Shown piece by piece: positions 37,883 through 51,134 of a DNA stretch of 64,000 nucleotides (its first letter is position 1; every line of letters starts with the position of its first letter). The stretch is from Octopus bimaculoides (taxonomy: Eukaryota), in contig NC_068995.1 in assembly GCF_001194135.2 (NCBI RefSeq), positions 20,487,061 to 20,551,060 of the forward strand, given 5' to 3'. The notes beneath the pieces were generated by a model. The model worked only from the letters and a program-made list of their open reading frames with translations. It ran no database searches and was not told where the DNA came from. The position numbers and the translations under genes were made by a program.

Positions 37883-38161
37883 NNNNNNNNNNNNNNNNNN
37901 NNNNNNNNNNNNNNNNNNNNNNNNNNNNNNNNNNNNNNNNNNNNNNNNNNNNNNNNNNNNNNNNNNNNNNNNNNNNNNNNNNNNNNNNNNNNNNNNNNNN
38001 NNNNNNNNNNNNNNNNNNNNNNNNNNNNNNNNNNNNNNNNNNNNNNNNNNNNNNNNNNNNNNNNNNNNNNNNNNNNNNNNNNNNNNNNNNNNNNNNNNNN
38101 NNNNNNNNNNNNNNNNNNNNNNNNNNNNNNNNNNNNNNNNNNNNNNNNNNNNNNNNNNNNN
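37883..38161. other. Assembly gap (N run)
   Basis: N bases, adjacent to a (TA)n repeat. Confidence 1.
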
Positions 38162-38210
<49 letters not shown>

Positions 38211-39364
38211 TTAAAACATTATGTAATATATCTACTGCAGTGTCAGATCTGACAGCAAAATTAATTTAGCACTTATATTAATGTTCATTTTCTTTTCAAA
38301 TAAAATGAAATAGATGATCTATTTGTATCCCACCAACTGCTATGGCTAAAGCATTTGTACCTGATGGTCTTGTGCAGAAATGTGTAAGGATAATGTGTTT
38401 GTACATTTGTTAGATGTACAGCCTATTAATGAGACTAGCTGCTTGCTGGTTACTTAGAAAAGGCCATTAGCACATTCAAATATACCAGTTCTGACACTTA
38501 TATGGTTGGTGTATGTTATGAATATCTACTGCATAATAGGCATATATCTTTTAATCCTTAATATGTAACTTTGTTTGCTCTAAAAATGACTTATCTTTTT
38601 ATCTGGAGTCCTATGCAGTAAACATCAAGGTGTAACTACCAAACTAATGCAATTACTATTTTGAACAAGCTTTTGTTTACAGTTAATTTCACTTTATGAA
38701 AAGGGTCATTCATAGTGAAGCAGTTCTTTTTGGTTTCATATTAAATTACCGTCTGTTTAACAATTGTTAATGGCTAGCTACATCTAGTTTTAATGTGGTC
38801 ACTGCTAAATAGTTACCACATTAGGATTGGGGTTTTTTATGGTAAATTTAAACTTCATTTTATTGAAACTTTTCTCTACCCTCAGCTGTCATGCCAGTTC
38901 TAATCATAATCAGCAGCTGGTGACATTCACAAAGAAACTAGTCTTTTTTTAAAACTTTTTGTCTATAGACCTTAAATGACTCATCACCTGTCTAACCTTG
39001 TGACATAAAGTAAACACTAGCCAGTGTTTGGTAGTTTTCTTAACATTTATGAACTCACACATGTGCGTGCGCACACAAATAACACCAGATGCTTGCATTG
39101 TGTTAAATGCATAGCTCATTAATTTTTTGTGTGAATGTGTTCACATGTGCATGTGAAAAGAGTAATACAGAAAGAAGCGAGCTTAGTATTTGGCAGGTAC
39201 AGACACAGCACTGAATATCTGAGCTTCTGGTAGTACATCCAATGCTGTTGAGGCTTTACAACGTACATACATCAGGACTATGAAACTGCTTCTTTCACAC
39301 AATCTGTTCCATCTGCTCAAACACATAAATTTAGGGAAAGTACCTGCATTTGATACTGAATTGA

Positions 39365-39553
39365 CCCTTTAGCATTTCAACCAGCCATATCCGGCTAAAA
39401 TATTTTAGGTTCAAATTGGCCACATCCAGCCTCACAACTACCCTAGAATGTCATTCTAAAAATAAATCACATTATCAATCTCAAAGCTATGAGATAAATT
39501 CAAAGCAATGTAAGTAAATAAGGATTACATTAGACAATCCAAATGCTAAAGGG
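39365..39553 (+). mobile_element. piggyBac-type MITE, same family
   Basis: ttga|ccctttagcatttcaaccagccatatccgg..aatgctaaaggg|ttac (mutated target duplications). Confidence 0.82.
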
Positions 39554-40599
39554 TTACGGAAGGGTCCAGAAAATCTTCCCAGCAGCACATTTCAGATAGG
39601 TTAACATATATTGCTTAGAGTAGATTCTAGAATATGGAAGTAAGTTTTGTACTGTGCAATATTCAATTTTCTCCCTTCCATTTCAAGGATCAGCTGAAGC
39701 AGATGTAAAATTGTTGTGCCCTTGGATTATAACCACTGCCAAGTTTTGGTCTTTTTGTTGATATGTATCTCACAGCAAGCACATACTTTGGAAGAAGGTT
39801 TAATGAGAATATGAATGAAGTGACAAATGCAGTGTTGGTCTGTGGGAAAGTATATTCTTAATGGGATGTTAGAATCTAGTTTGTTGATATTGTATGGATA
39901 AGTGGTGAAACCTTGCCATGCATACAAGCCTATTACAAAAATTTGTTTTTGTAAACTAATCTCCAAATACTTGTTGTCAAATAACATATTTTATATCATA
40001 GTTTGTGAAGTGTAACATCATTAGTTTCAAGTTTCCAATAGGCCAGTCACTGTTTTATTGTATTTCTAAGGCAGAATGACAAGGTGGTGTCTGTTGCTAA
40101 TGTAACTTGAGGAACTTTTCCTTTAAAGTACTGGTTATTTAGTTTCCTCCTCCCCACTCTATCTTTAGTAATACATTGATAGAACGCACGCACGCACGCA
40201 CGAACGCACGCTGACAGTTTTGTCTCTTCAATCTCAGTCACTAAGTATTAGTCCACAAGAAGCTCTGCTACATATTTGATCAACCCAAATGCCATGCAGT
40301 AGAATTGAACTCAAACCAGATAATAGTATTATCAACTTAACCAAGATATCTCTCTTGACTTGTTAGTTATCATACTTGCTGTTTTTTTTTCTTTTGTTTC
40401 ACTGCTGATTACTGGTTTCTCCTTCATCTGTGGAAGTTGATTCCCATGTGTGTGAATTCATGTTGCTTTCTCTTGCATGGCTGTTTTTCATTATGTGTTA
40501 TCTACATGCTAGACTGTATATACCATTATATTATTGGCTGCCTTCACAACTTAGAGACTTGATATTACCAAAATTAAATTGAATTTCAATCGAAATTTC

Positions 40600-40720
40600 T
40601 TGACCTCAAAACTAAGAGGAAAGCCCTCATGAATTTGCACAAGTTTGAATATAGATTATTATTTGGCATATATAGCCACATTTTTAGTAAAATCTTTTAA
40701 ATGTAATTTGGTTCCTCTTA
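40600..40720 (+). pseudogene. Possible third hAT remnant
   Basis: Frameshifted LAYIA-(D)IFSK resembles the LAYLADIFxKLNxLN motif; flanks are unconvincing. Confidence 0.3.
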
Positions 40721-41199
40721 AGCGGAAGCATTGCTTTGTGCATTTAGGTTTTTTTTTAACTTCGAAGTTATCTTGGGTAGGATCTTCGTATTTCAATATT
40801 TTCAAGAGGAAGTTAAGAATTTTTGTTCCTAAATTTATGAAATATTTGTGATTTTGTACTGTCATGTTGACTCTTAGTAAAATGGTTTTAACACTTAATC
40901 TCTTAAGTTTCATAACTATGATTCTAATGTGCTTTCGAATGTGATATCTCTCATTCTGCCTGTGAAGACAAAACATAAACTTGCTGTCTCACTACAGATT
41001 CTTTTAAATATCTTGTCTAATATCAATTCACTTTGTATCTTTTTGCCATTCTAAAATTTCTTAAAAACTAATTTGTCTTGGATAAATCTATATGCCTCGC
41101 TGGGGTACATTGCAATCTTTAGCACATCTTGTAATCTGAGACAAGTATTAAAGCTTAAAATAAATCATATTTGAATATTCACAGTCAGTGGTTAAACTA

Positions 41200-41520
41200 G
41201 TGATATTTAACGTTATATAACCATTTCAAGTGGTTTGTTGCCAATGATGCTGTCTTTCCAGTTTTTGGTACTCTTTGGCAACAGTTTGCCATACCAATAT
41301 TCTGAAACTTCTCTATACATTCTAGTTCTGTATTCTTCCTACTCTTATCATGGATAGGCTTATTCTTTGTTGGACTATACACAGCTACTAGCAACATTAT
41401 CTGCACTTTTACACACTGCTTTCAGTTTATCTTGTGTGTTACACTGGGGGAAGATCTTAAAATAGTTTGTTCTGGTATTTCACTTTGTATGGTTTGATGT
41501 GGTTTCTGATAGTTGTCTAC
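41200..41520 (-). mobile_element. Fossil LINE APE endonuclease fragment (RTE-like)
   Basis: LSET (41501-41512), then LLVAVYSPT (41368-41382; cf. VYAPT) followed by ..ELE.IEKF. Confidence 0.5.
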
Positions 41521-43155
41521 ACTGAAGAAATCTCAGGTGTATGTGTGAGGGAAGGAGAGAGAGAGAAAGAGAGATATTTGAGTGTAGTTAGTGTATAGAA
41601 TTTTAAAAATGTATGAAAAGTAGAACTATTTTCCAGCTTTGAATAATAAAACGCATCCTTTGTAATACAGTGCCTGGCTATGGGAAAAATGTTATTGCCA
41701 TCATGAAAAGTCATCAATATTTGTTGGAAGTGTGATGGTTTTAGTTATTTGGTATTTGTGGCTGCATTGTTTTGATATTGTATTGTGTGTACAAACAATC
41801 TGCATTTCTTAGGTTTTCAAGATCTTTGTTCATGTCCAGCAGTTGAGTTATTTAGTTTGTAAAGTTGTGTAAATAGTGAGGAAGTAATGGCCTCTGGTGG
41901 TGGGTAATATTGAACTAGTCATTAATGCAAGCTATGTGTGGGAGAAATACACTGCCAAGAACTATTTGTAGGCAAAGCAATGTGGTTCTTTGACTCTGTT
42001 AGTAATAACAGCCTAGTTTCCCTTAGATAACCTCTTAAATGACAATGGGTTATGAAGTCTGAGTTACAGTATAAAACAGGACGATCATAACTAGAATTGA
42101 CCTGGGGCTAAACAAATTAAGTTTGTAGTGAGTATTGAAAAGCTTGCTGACAAATGTTCTCACACAATTTCAACTGCTACAGTTTATGTATTTTAGGCTT
42201 ATGTGCTTGGATGTTCAGAACTTTCAATCTAGATTCTTTTTCCAAGCTTTGTCATAGAAAGTTATGTTGGCTCTAAATGCCAAAGCTGTTTCAATCTTAT
42301 ATTTTAAACTAGTGCACAATGGTATCAGGGCTAAAGGAGTAAATTATATCAGTAATTTGACTTGAAATAATTTAGTCTGTTTGTGAGCAAATAGATGTGC
42401 TCTTAGAAAATTTGATCATGTGACCATCTGTTTTTTTTTTTGTTATATATACCTGGATTCTCTAACTCCTTCCCTCTCCTAACCATTCATGTGAATAACA
42501 TCCATTTTATAACCTCAGTTGCTAAAACAATCTTCAGATCTACCTAGAGCATTTCACCTTAGCTAACTGAGCAAAACTGGACAGCAAACAAGCACACAGC
42601 TTAGCTTGATGTAGTAGCTAGAAATATAATAGGGCATCAAATAGTCATAAGCATAATCCGTTTGAGACTAATTCAAATATAGAACTACATTCATGAAACT
42701 ATAGCAATTATGTTTCTCTAAAAATATATTTTGTATTGAAGTTAAATTTCTAAAGTGTTGGCTATTTTACTAGTATTTAAAACTACTAATACACATAATA
42801 TACATAGTAATCTCTTACTGAGATGTAAAGTGACGGTGAGTAAGCTAATAGGGTTTTAAGATATTTAATCACTTTTGTGTAGGAGTTTGTTTTGGTAATA
42901 GAACACTAGTATTTAAAAAAAATGATTGCGTTATCAGCTCAAGTGTAAGGAAATTCTGGATTAACTAGATGCCCCTCCCATATTTCTATCTAATTTTCAG
43001 TTAATAGCAAGAAATATCTGTAGGGTATGTTGTTGATATGCAGAATATTCTTGTTACCCAATCTTTTCTTGGCCAGTTCCATTTGAAGCACACACTACTG
43101 CCCTCCCTCCCCCCAGCTTTTATGTAATAAATTAAATGAAGACTAATATAACTTA

Positions 43156-43520
43156 CATCATTGTTTAATGCTCACTTTTTTATTGTATGGGTCAGATGGA
43201 GTTTGAGGCAAGATTTTTTTTTGCAAATTCCCTTCCAGTCACCATCCTTTGTTTCCAAGCAAGGTAATATTCCCCCATGGCCAGACATGGTTTTGTTGAA
43301 TACTAGAAATGAATGACATTGCCTAACTATCGTGCTGTCACAAGGACATGTGCCTGTGTGTACACAAAGACAAGCTTTCAGCTTCTGTCTACAAATCCCC
43401 TCAAAAGGTTATGATCAACTCAGGGCTATAGAATGACAGTTGCCCAAGGTACCACACAGTGGGACTGAACCCAAAACCTTGTCAGAATGTAAATTTAACT
43501 ACACAACCACATCTGGGCCT
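43156..43520 (-). mobile_element. Composite SINE (family A head + alternative 3' body)
   Basis: Head ~43385-43520 (gttgcccaaggtaccacacagtgggactgaaccc) joined to a different body (ttccaagcaaggtaatattcccccatggccagacatg) and a catcattgtttaatg tail. Confidence 0.7.
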
Positions 43521-43769
43521 CAAAATGTAATAGGCGCAAATTGTTAGTTAGAATGATTGTCTGTGGTACAAAGTGCTTGATTTAAATTGATCCAAATGAA
43601 AATTTCACATTACTTCAAACATTTTTTTTTAATGTTAATTGAAAGAAAAGGGTGCATTTCTAGAGATGCAGGGTCTGTCTCAAAAGGTTTTATATAGCTG
43701 TGGCAGTGACGAGTAGCAAGTCTTATATATGGTTCCACCATTGATAAAGTTGTAAATCTCTGTTGTACT

Positions 43770-44960
43770 ACTTACATTGACATTCTTGGTTAAAATTTAG
43801 GTTACTTAGCTAAAACCTTTCTTCTCTTGATAAGATAATGGAAAAACAATAACTAGCGTGGCTTCATTACATGGAGGAAATTTCGTGTTGCATTGTAACT
43901 GCATTTCATACATTTTTTTCTTCACTTACCATTTTCTCACTGATGGTCTCCTGTAATGTAATTTTTTCATTTTCTATTTTGTCCACAAATGAACTTTTCT
44001 TTTACCCAGTTAGGAATCCTCAGTTTGGTCAAGTCATTAATTCTTGGCTCATTCTTATATTGTAGATGTGCACTGCAGGTACTTAGATTATCATATATAA
44101 AGAATTGTGAAATGCATTTCATAAACAAGAATTGACAGAGCTATCTTCTGTCATGGTTTTGCTTGTAGAATTTAATTTTATTTATAAAGCTTTTGAGTGC
44201 ATTCTTCGCATCAGTTAGATTAAAATCATTCCTTTGCAGTTGCAGATTCAGTCTGTACATCTTGTCAAAAATATCAGTGAAGCTACATTTCCACAAATAA
44301 AAACATTTGTCATTTGCAATTTGTTCATTAGGATTTATCAGTAAACATCCATTCAACAGTAGTGTTTTAAAAGAAATATTGTGAACAAGTCCCTTGGTTC
44401 AGTGTTGCAATGTGGTCTTCCAAATTTTCAGTATTCTGTTACAACATGACAATAACTTGGTGTATAAGGCCTAAGCTTTGTTTTTAAAACCAAAACATTA
44501 CTGAAACTAAACATGAAGACTAGTTACACACTGAAGCTTTTCAGAAAACAAGCTGTTGATAGATTAAATTCTATGAATTGCAGTTATATTGGGTATTTCC
44601 TTGGTCATATAGGAAAGCTTGGCAATTTGTCATAGATAGTAGTAAGATATAAAGCAGAAGGGCATATTTTCAAGGTAACCTTTTAATAATTGAACAATTT
44701 TGTCCACTTTATATTTAACATTTTACTGCAAAACATTTTTCTTAGATTTTCGTTTCTTTAACGAAATGCACATATGCCTTCGATAAAACCTCATTACCTC
44801 ATACAATTGATTTATCGAGCTATTGACAAAAATGCATCTTGGAATTCCATGCAAATCTGATTTTCTGTAGCCTCTTCCATTTCATCAAGATAGTGTTATT
44901 ACTAAGATAAATTTATTTTAAAAATATCTGCATCTTCTTTGAAGACTGGTTAGAATTTCA
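43770..44960 (-). pseudogene. Fossil hAT (Charlie/Buster-type; SCAND3/ZBED8-like) transposase, many stops and frameshifts
   Basis: Manual minus-strand translation gives ordered motifs: NNTI..DEM, F.Q*LDKS..GNEVLSKAYVHFVKE (~44810), KEIPNITAIH, DIFDKMYRLNLQLQ..NLTDAKNALKSFINKIK (ORF 44141-44356), LRIPNWV, and VIVFPLSYQEKKGFS (~43815, C-terminal dimerisation domain). Confidence 0.75.
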
Positions 44961-46125
44961 GAAACTGATAGTATTTATTAGATTTCATTGTGTATTGCTT
45001 TTTTATTTTTTTGTCATTTCATTTTTTTGTTGGTTTATAGGATCAGTGGAACTTATGAATCATTTCCTCAATATTAAAACAAAATAGTATTTTATAAAGC
45101 TATGTTCATGCAAGTTTTAAAATGTTAATTTTATGTGCAAAAACTCTGAAATTACATAGAAGCTGATGATGTTATATAAATACTTTGCTGGAAGACTAAA
45201 ATAATTCATTTGCATTTGTGATTTTACGAGGCATAAATTGTTTTGAATGCATCAAAGAAATGATGAATAAAAGCTCATAACCTTGGAAAGTGTTGCTAAC
45301 ATGAAAATAATTAGTTAAATATGCAAATCTATTTTATGACAACCCATAACAAGAAAGCATGCATTTACTTTCTCTTATTCAGAGTATCCCTCTTTTCAAC
45401 AAGGTTTTAATGCTCACTCTTCTGTTGCCATGGCATACACCGTGTCTTTTTTGTTTTGTTTTTTAGGCAATGTTTTATGGTTGGGTTCCCTTCTTGTCAC
45501 CAGCCCTTTTACCCACTTATAACATGCAGAGATACAGGCCCCTTTTCTAAAATCTGGATATGAATTCTAGCAAGTTATTCTGATTTCTTAACCTGTTGCA
45601 GCAAGAAAAAAGAAATTACTGAGAATCTTTTTTTTTATAGCTGAAACAGTAATTTCCATATTCAAATGTATAAATTTATACGTGACTACTTTTATAACAA
45701 AATATGGTTGTTAGCTTATAACCAAGGTTTACTATAAGGCATTCAACTAGAACCTATTTGTATGCTATACGAAATGGTTGAATTGTAGGCAGTCTTTATT
45801 GTTACTTAACAAAGAAATAGGTTTTTTTTTTAAATGCCATAACATATTTTGTGACAACCTGGTGTTAGCAGCTGTTCCAGCTCTTTTTTCTGCAACAACT
45901 ATCAGGTTCTATCAGCCCTTACCTTTGCTTTGTACAACATCAGTGGTGTGCCATGCAACACAAGTGTACCCTATACTTTTATGTTTTTAGTTCAGGTGTG
46001 CCACTGAATTTTGAAAATGTGTACTGCAAGTAAAATAAAATTACAATGCACTGGTGTAGTCAAGATCTGCATAAATGGGTAGCTTGATCTCTCATACAAC
46101 TTGTACCTGTCTGAAACAAATCTAT

Positions 46126-46229
46126 TGCCTATCAAATTCACTCACGGCTTTGTGCTGCACAGTGGGACTGAATCCAAGAGTATACAGGTGGGAAGCAAGC
46201 TTCTCAGTCACACAGCCATGCCTGTGCCT
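46126..46229 (-). mobile_element. SINE family A 5' head fragment
   Basis: caaattcactcacgg..cacagtgggactgaatcc..gggaagcaagcttctcagtcacacagccatgcctgtgcc. Confidence 0.75.
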
Positions 46230-46860
46230 TACGTAAGAAACTGAGACTCAGACAAATGTCGAAACTGTGTGAGAGAAATGTTAGTGGGGATTTTGGGTGG
46301 AGGTGGTTAACCCACGGGGAAAATTAAAAAAAAAAATTGTGAGGCCAAGGAAATTGAAGGGAAGGATGGAGTTGGGATGAACTTGCTCTGGAAATTTTAA
46401 GGTTTCAGATCTTCCCAGGGAAACTTAGCAAGAGCAATATTTAACATCAAAAGATGGCTCAGAATTGATATTTTTTGTTTATACATGGTATTTCAAATTC
46501 TGGAGTCAAAAGTGCCAAGCATGTGATTAATTACATTAACAACCTTCTTGGATTGTTGTTAGTTAGGAATTGTTACTATTAATAGTGGTGAATTTGCAGT
46601 ACAATTGCAGTACACTGGAGAAAATGCTTTCAAAGTTGAAATACCTCCTAGTTCAAATTTATATTATCAATCTTGAAAGGACAAAAGGGTAACGTATTGG
46701 TGAAATAAATGGATCAGTTTGACATTGTTTAAATTCCTCCTTTTCCATGCTTGCATGGGTCAGATGGAATTTGACACATTTCCAGATGCTCTTCCTGTTT
46801 ATTTATTTATAGCCATCACATGATGTCAAATCAAGAATACATACTGGCACACATACAGAA

Positions 46861-46965
46861 CAGGCTTCTTTCAGTTTCTGATTACCAAATTCACTCAAGG
46901 GTTTTGTCAGCTTGGGGTTGTAGTTGGACTCCTGCACAGTGGGGCTGAATACAAGACCGGGAAGC
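46861..46965 (-). mobile_element. SINE family A head fragment
   Basis: ggcttctttcagtttctgattaccaaattcactcaaggg..cacagtggggctgaatac. Confidence 0.65.
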
Positions 46966-47023
46966 TTGTCCCTTATGTAAGAAATTATTAGCACTAAACA
47001 CTGTCCAGTAGGATTGGGTTTAA

Positions 47024-47782
47024 CCCTTCAGCATTCAGATTACTCTGCTAAATCATCATTTAGCATCTGCTTTCCCTGCTGGCATGGGTTAGATGGTTTG
47101 ACTGAAGCTGGAGAACTGCACTAGGTTCCAATCTGGTTTGACAGGGTTTCTACAGTTGGACTCCCTTCCTAATGACAATCACTCCAAGAGTGTAATGGAT
47201 GCTTTTTACATGCCACTGGCACAAGTACCAGTCACGTGACACTGGTATCGTCCACAATTACAATCTCTCTTGACAGGTTTTCTCAAGCACATCATATTGC
47301 CAAATGTTTCAGTTGCTGATCATTGCCTCTGTGAGACTCTGTTCAAAGGATGCCAGTCACATGACACCAGCATCGTCCACAACTGCAATTTCACTTGCAT
47401 GATGGTTTTTCTTGAGCATGGCATATCACCAAAGGTCTTTGGTTACTTATCATTGCCTCTGAGACCCAACGTTCAAAGGGTCCTTTCTAGATGCCGGTTA
47501 CATGACACTAGCATTAGCCACAACTATGAGTTCACTTGGCTTGATGGGTCTTCTCAAGCAGCGCATATTGCCAAAGGTCTTGGTCACTTGTCATTGCCTC
47601 CTTAAGGCCCATTGTAATACTTATTCATTCATTGTTTTGAATTGAGTATTGTCTAATAACTTCGAGATTTCAATGATATTTTTGCAGTGACATTGTGTAG
47701 GTATGGGGAGCTGCATCTGCCTAGTTTCAACACAAAGCAAGAATACTTTGATTAGTTATGGCTGGTTTTAAATGCTAAAGGG
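47024..47782 (-). mobile_element. piggyBac-type MITE split by a nested SINE (left piece 47024-47053, right piece ~47612-47782)
   Basis: TTAA|cccttcagcattcagattactctgctaaat [SINE] gtaatacttattcattcattgttttgaatt..aatgctaaaggg|TTAA. The two pieces join into the sequence seen at 27000. Confidence 0.8.
47054..47611 (-). mobile_element. SINE family B copy with three diverged ~125-141 bp internal tandem units, inserted inside a MITE
   Basis: Family B tail at 47054-47220, then units starting at 47228, 47353 and 47494 (ccagtcac(a/g)tgacac..tcattgcctc). Confidence 0.8.
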
Positions 47783-48329
47783 TTAAAGTTCAGTTATATT
47801 CAGTGTTTCTAGAGGGTTTCCATGCCTTCTACATTTTCACAAGAGAAAAGGAAATATAATATGGAGAAGATTCCTTAATGATTTGTCATTCACACCCAAC
47901 CACATTGGATTAATAGGGATGATGAAATGAAAGTTCTTAAATTTCAGATTTGAGATTAAGGTCTGTTTATTAATCCATGCATTTTAATCCCTAATCTATT
48001 TCTGTTTATATGCCACTCTATCATTCTGATGACCTACTTTTCACTGCTGAAAGAATTCCTAATTCTCTATAGTACATTTCTTAAAACTTGTTTCAAATTT
48101 CTTTAGTGTTATCTTCCTTCTTTATCATGTCTGCTCCACGTGTTTGCATGACTTTGTCAAATTAATGATATAGTATATTTCTATGCTTGGCAGTCCTTTT
48201 TAATTGAATTGCATGTCGCATGGGTTAAAGGTTTTAGTTAGATCCCAGTTTCATGAACAGGGTTTCAAAATTTTTTTAATAAATTTTCCAGTTGCATACA
48301 GTTTTGAAACTCCTGTAAATCAAGTGTAA

Positions 48330-48845
48330 CAATTTGTGTAATGCCTACAAAGAACATGTACAGTTAAAATTTAGAGTTACAAATGGGAAGACCTAAGAAA
48401 TAAATTCTGGAGGTGGATTGAGTGATTGACTTTTTAAATACTGGTTTTTGTTGGTTAAACACTGGTGTTTGTCAAGTAGTGTTAATGAAGACTTAATGTT
48501 TTGTCAATCATTAGATGGGTGCACAAACAGGTGGTGTTGTCCTCAAGGAAGTGTCTTGAATAACAGAATTGTTTGTGTATGTATTGATGGCACAGTACCA
48601 GTGATGAGAAAAACAGGACTTGATGCTAAAGTTAAACCTGCAAGTGATACACCTCCTACATTCACTCATTGCATCATTCATGGAGAGATATTTGTGGCTA
48701 TATAAAAGAAACATTGCTGTAATGCAAAACGCAGTTATAGTTATCAACTTCATTATGTTACCTTGTGGAAAGCTGTCTATTCACAAATCTATACTAGAAT
48801 TTGGGATCAGAGTTCATTGAAGTCTGATGGGCTCTCAAGATATTT
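48330..48845 (+). pseudogene. Second fossil hAT (Charlie/Buster-type; ZBED5/FAM200-like) transposase fragment
   Basis: ORF 48448-48705 contains EDLMFC, VCVCIDG (cf. CTDG catalytic Asp) and FTHCIIHGE (CxxH). It is followed by AVIVINFI and E-V-(CGA>TGA)-W..LS (cf. EVRWLS) at ~48819. Confidence 0.78.
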
Positions 48846-49644
48846 TTATCTACTGAATTTTGTTTCCTAACTAGGTGTCAGACATTTGCTGGTGTCTAGC
48901 AAAATAACTAGCAGTAGAACATTAGATAAAATTCAGTAAAATTGGGGAGAAATTGAAAGGCAAAAGGTGTGTGTTGAATCCAATCATTAAGCTGTTCCCT
49001 TTATGGATTTGGTTATATTGATTCCTCTATTTTGTCAGATTCTTACTTTGCCTTTCATAAGGATTAGTCGCAGTTGACCTAGTAGCAAAGAATATTGGAG
49101 ATAATGTTCTTAAAGACTGCAGGCCAAAAATGGTGATCTGAAATATCTGAAGCATTGGTCTTGTAATGATTTTCATTCAGATGTAATATTGCTATTAATT
49201 TTTAATAGCAGTATCACAAGGTAATGGCAAGACTAGTTGAAGCTCCTGGGGATCCTCTTTGATCACAAGGATATATAATATTAATGCATTTGTTCTTGTA
49301 AAGCTGTTTCCTACATTAACCAGTCTAGTTGAATCTGTTTCATGCCTTATTATTTTGATATCCATCTAGTTCTTAAGTAATTTATATTGAGGGAACCTAA
49401 TAGTTCCCTCAGTATTGAATTGATTCTTTTGTCCCTTGGGTAAAACATGAATCTGTAACTGACGAATGTGTGTATATTTGTATGTATGATAGATTTCCAT
49501 TGGGCTTCAACAATGAGTATTTAATAGTACGATCAACTGAATTACTTGCTCATTGAATTAGTAAGTGCATGAACATTCCACAGATGTTTATGAATGTGAT
49601 AGTGAAAATGGCTGGAGCTGTATATTGCAGGTATAATCCATTCA

Positions 49645-49780
49645 ACAGGCTTCCAAATTATTTCTGTCAAATTTCATTCGCAAAGCCTTGGAACAACTCT
49701 GGGCTATAGTAAAAGACAATGCAGTAACATTGAACTCACAACCTCAGGATTGTGAAGCACACTTGCTTGCTCAACAGTAG
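49645..49780 (-). mobile_element. Degraded SINE family A head fragment
   Basis: caaatttcattcgcaaagccttgg..gggctatagtaaaagac..attgaactcacaacc. Confidence 0.5.
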
Positions 49781-50684
49781 GAGTGTGTGATACTCTTGTC
49801 TTCATGATGTTGAATTTTGGGTCCATTTAATTTAACTGGTTAATCATTGACGAACCTTTAATGAAATACTAGTAATGAAAATTACATGAGCCAACATATG
49901 CTCACCAATTCAAAAATAGCAACCAGTCTCTGAATTACATGATACTATGTTAATGGGAAGGACACATTGTTTATCGTAGTCTTAGATGCTCTGTGCCGAA
50001 AGAAAGATTATATAAAAAAAAATAAAATAAAATATGGAATGGTCGTGACCGAACTGTCTTTGATCATAAGTTTTCCTCTTCAAAACTAACATGGAGATAA
50101 AAACGAGAACTATATTAAAACTAGAAATAAAATTTATTGCTTCACTTGTTCTTTTTAGCAAAACAGTATGGCAGTATTCTGCTACATGTGCCACCTTGAA
50201 TCAACTTTCTTAGATCTGTTCTGTTAATGTATTCTTTAAATATTTCGTCAAGGAAGCTAATTGATTTCATCAGTTTCTCGAAAGATATGAAGTTGGCAGC
50301 AAGGAAAGGAGGGGGGAAAAAAAAAAAAATCTTATTTAATAACTTTTTTCTCTTCTTTAACCAATTACCAGTAAGATGCACAGATCTTGTCAGTTTAATC
50401 TAGAACCATCCAAGGCAATTCTCGAAATTGGCTGACTACTAGGAAAGTGAATGCTTTCATAATAGATGCCTTTCAAAGTGATATCTATGTTCTTGGTTAG
50501 CCATTGATGTACACCTCTGTGGTGCTATATCAGTGGCTCAATGCAATCTGGAGTTAATATCTTTTTATCGCTCTAAATCTTGGCATTTACTAGATAACTA
50601 GTGAACTTGTGGGCATAGACATGACGTGCTAGTTAAGTTTCCCTTCACATTTATAGTGTGCCGTGTTTGATCATTGTGATATAT

Positions 50685-50910
50685 CTGTCAAGTGTCTTTT
50701 ACCATACTCTAGAGTTGATTCAAGCTTTGTGAGGGGAAATTGAGTAGATGGGAACGTATGGAAGCTCATTGGACAGTGTACCAGTAACTCGGGTCCATCC
50801 TTGTCATGTTTTGTATCGTGATGATTTGGCCAGGTCTCTTTCATCAATAACTAGCTACTCATTAAATTAACTTGCAAGTGGTTGAGTATTCCAAAGATCT
50901 GAATGTTCAT
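50685..50910. mobile_element. Degraded SINE mosaic (family A body on +, then a domain shared with the 12278 SINE on -)
   Basis: caagtgtcttttaccatac..caagctttgtgagggga..gtagatgggaac is followed by ttaacttgcaagtggttgagtattcca, the reverse complement of the motif at ~12550-12580. Confidence 0.5.
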
Positions 50911-51134
50911 CAGTTAAACTTATGATGGTTCATTAATGACACCAGCTGACCTTTCACTTCTGGTTTTGAAGTATTTCCTTAATATAATCTGCACTTACTA
51001 CTTTAGTCACATGTAATACCCACACAATAGGTGTGCATAAAGTTTACTCTTTCACATGAAACTGCTTTATATAAATATAATAGTATAACTGGTATACATT
51101 ACAATGGTAACACTGTCAAGTTTAGAGCTTCCTG

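Noticed and set aside
47228-47611. Repeat array that superficially resembles a CRISPR-like repeat-spacer structure (also 22025-22089)
   Set aside because: Eukaryotic context, diverged tandem units without unique spacers, and no cas genes.
43770-48845. Idea that the two hAT fragments are one element split by a ~4.4-kb inversion
   Set aside because: The minus-strand fossil has its own catalytic and middle region (44500-44960), and the two show different subfamily signatures, so they are independent insertions.
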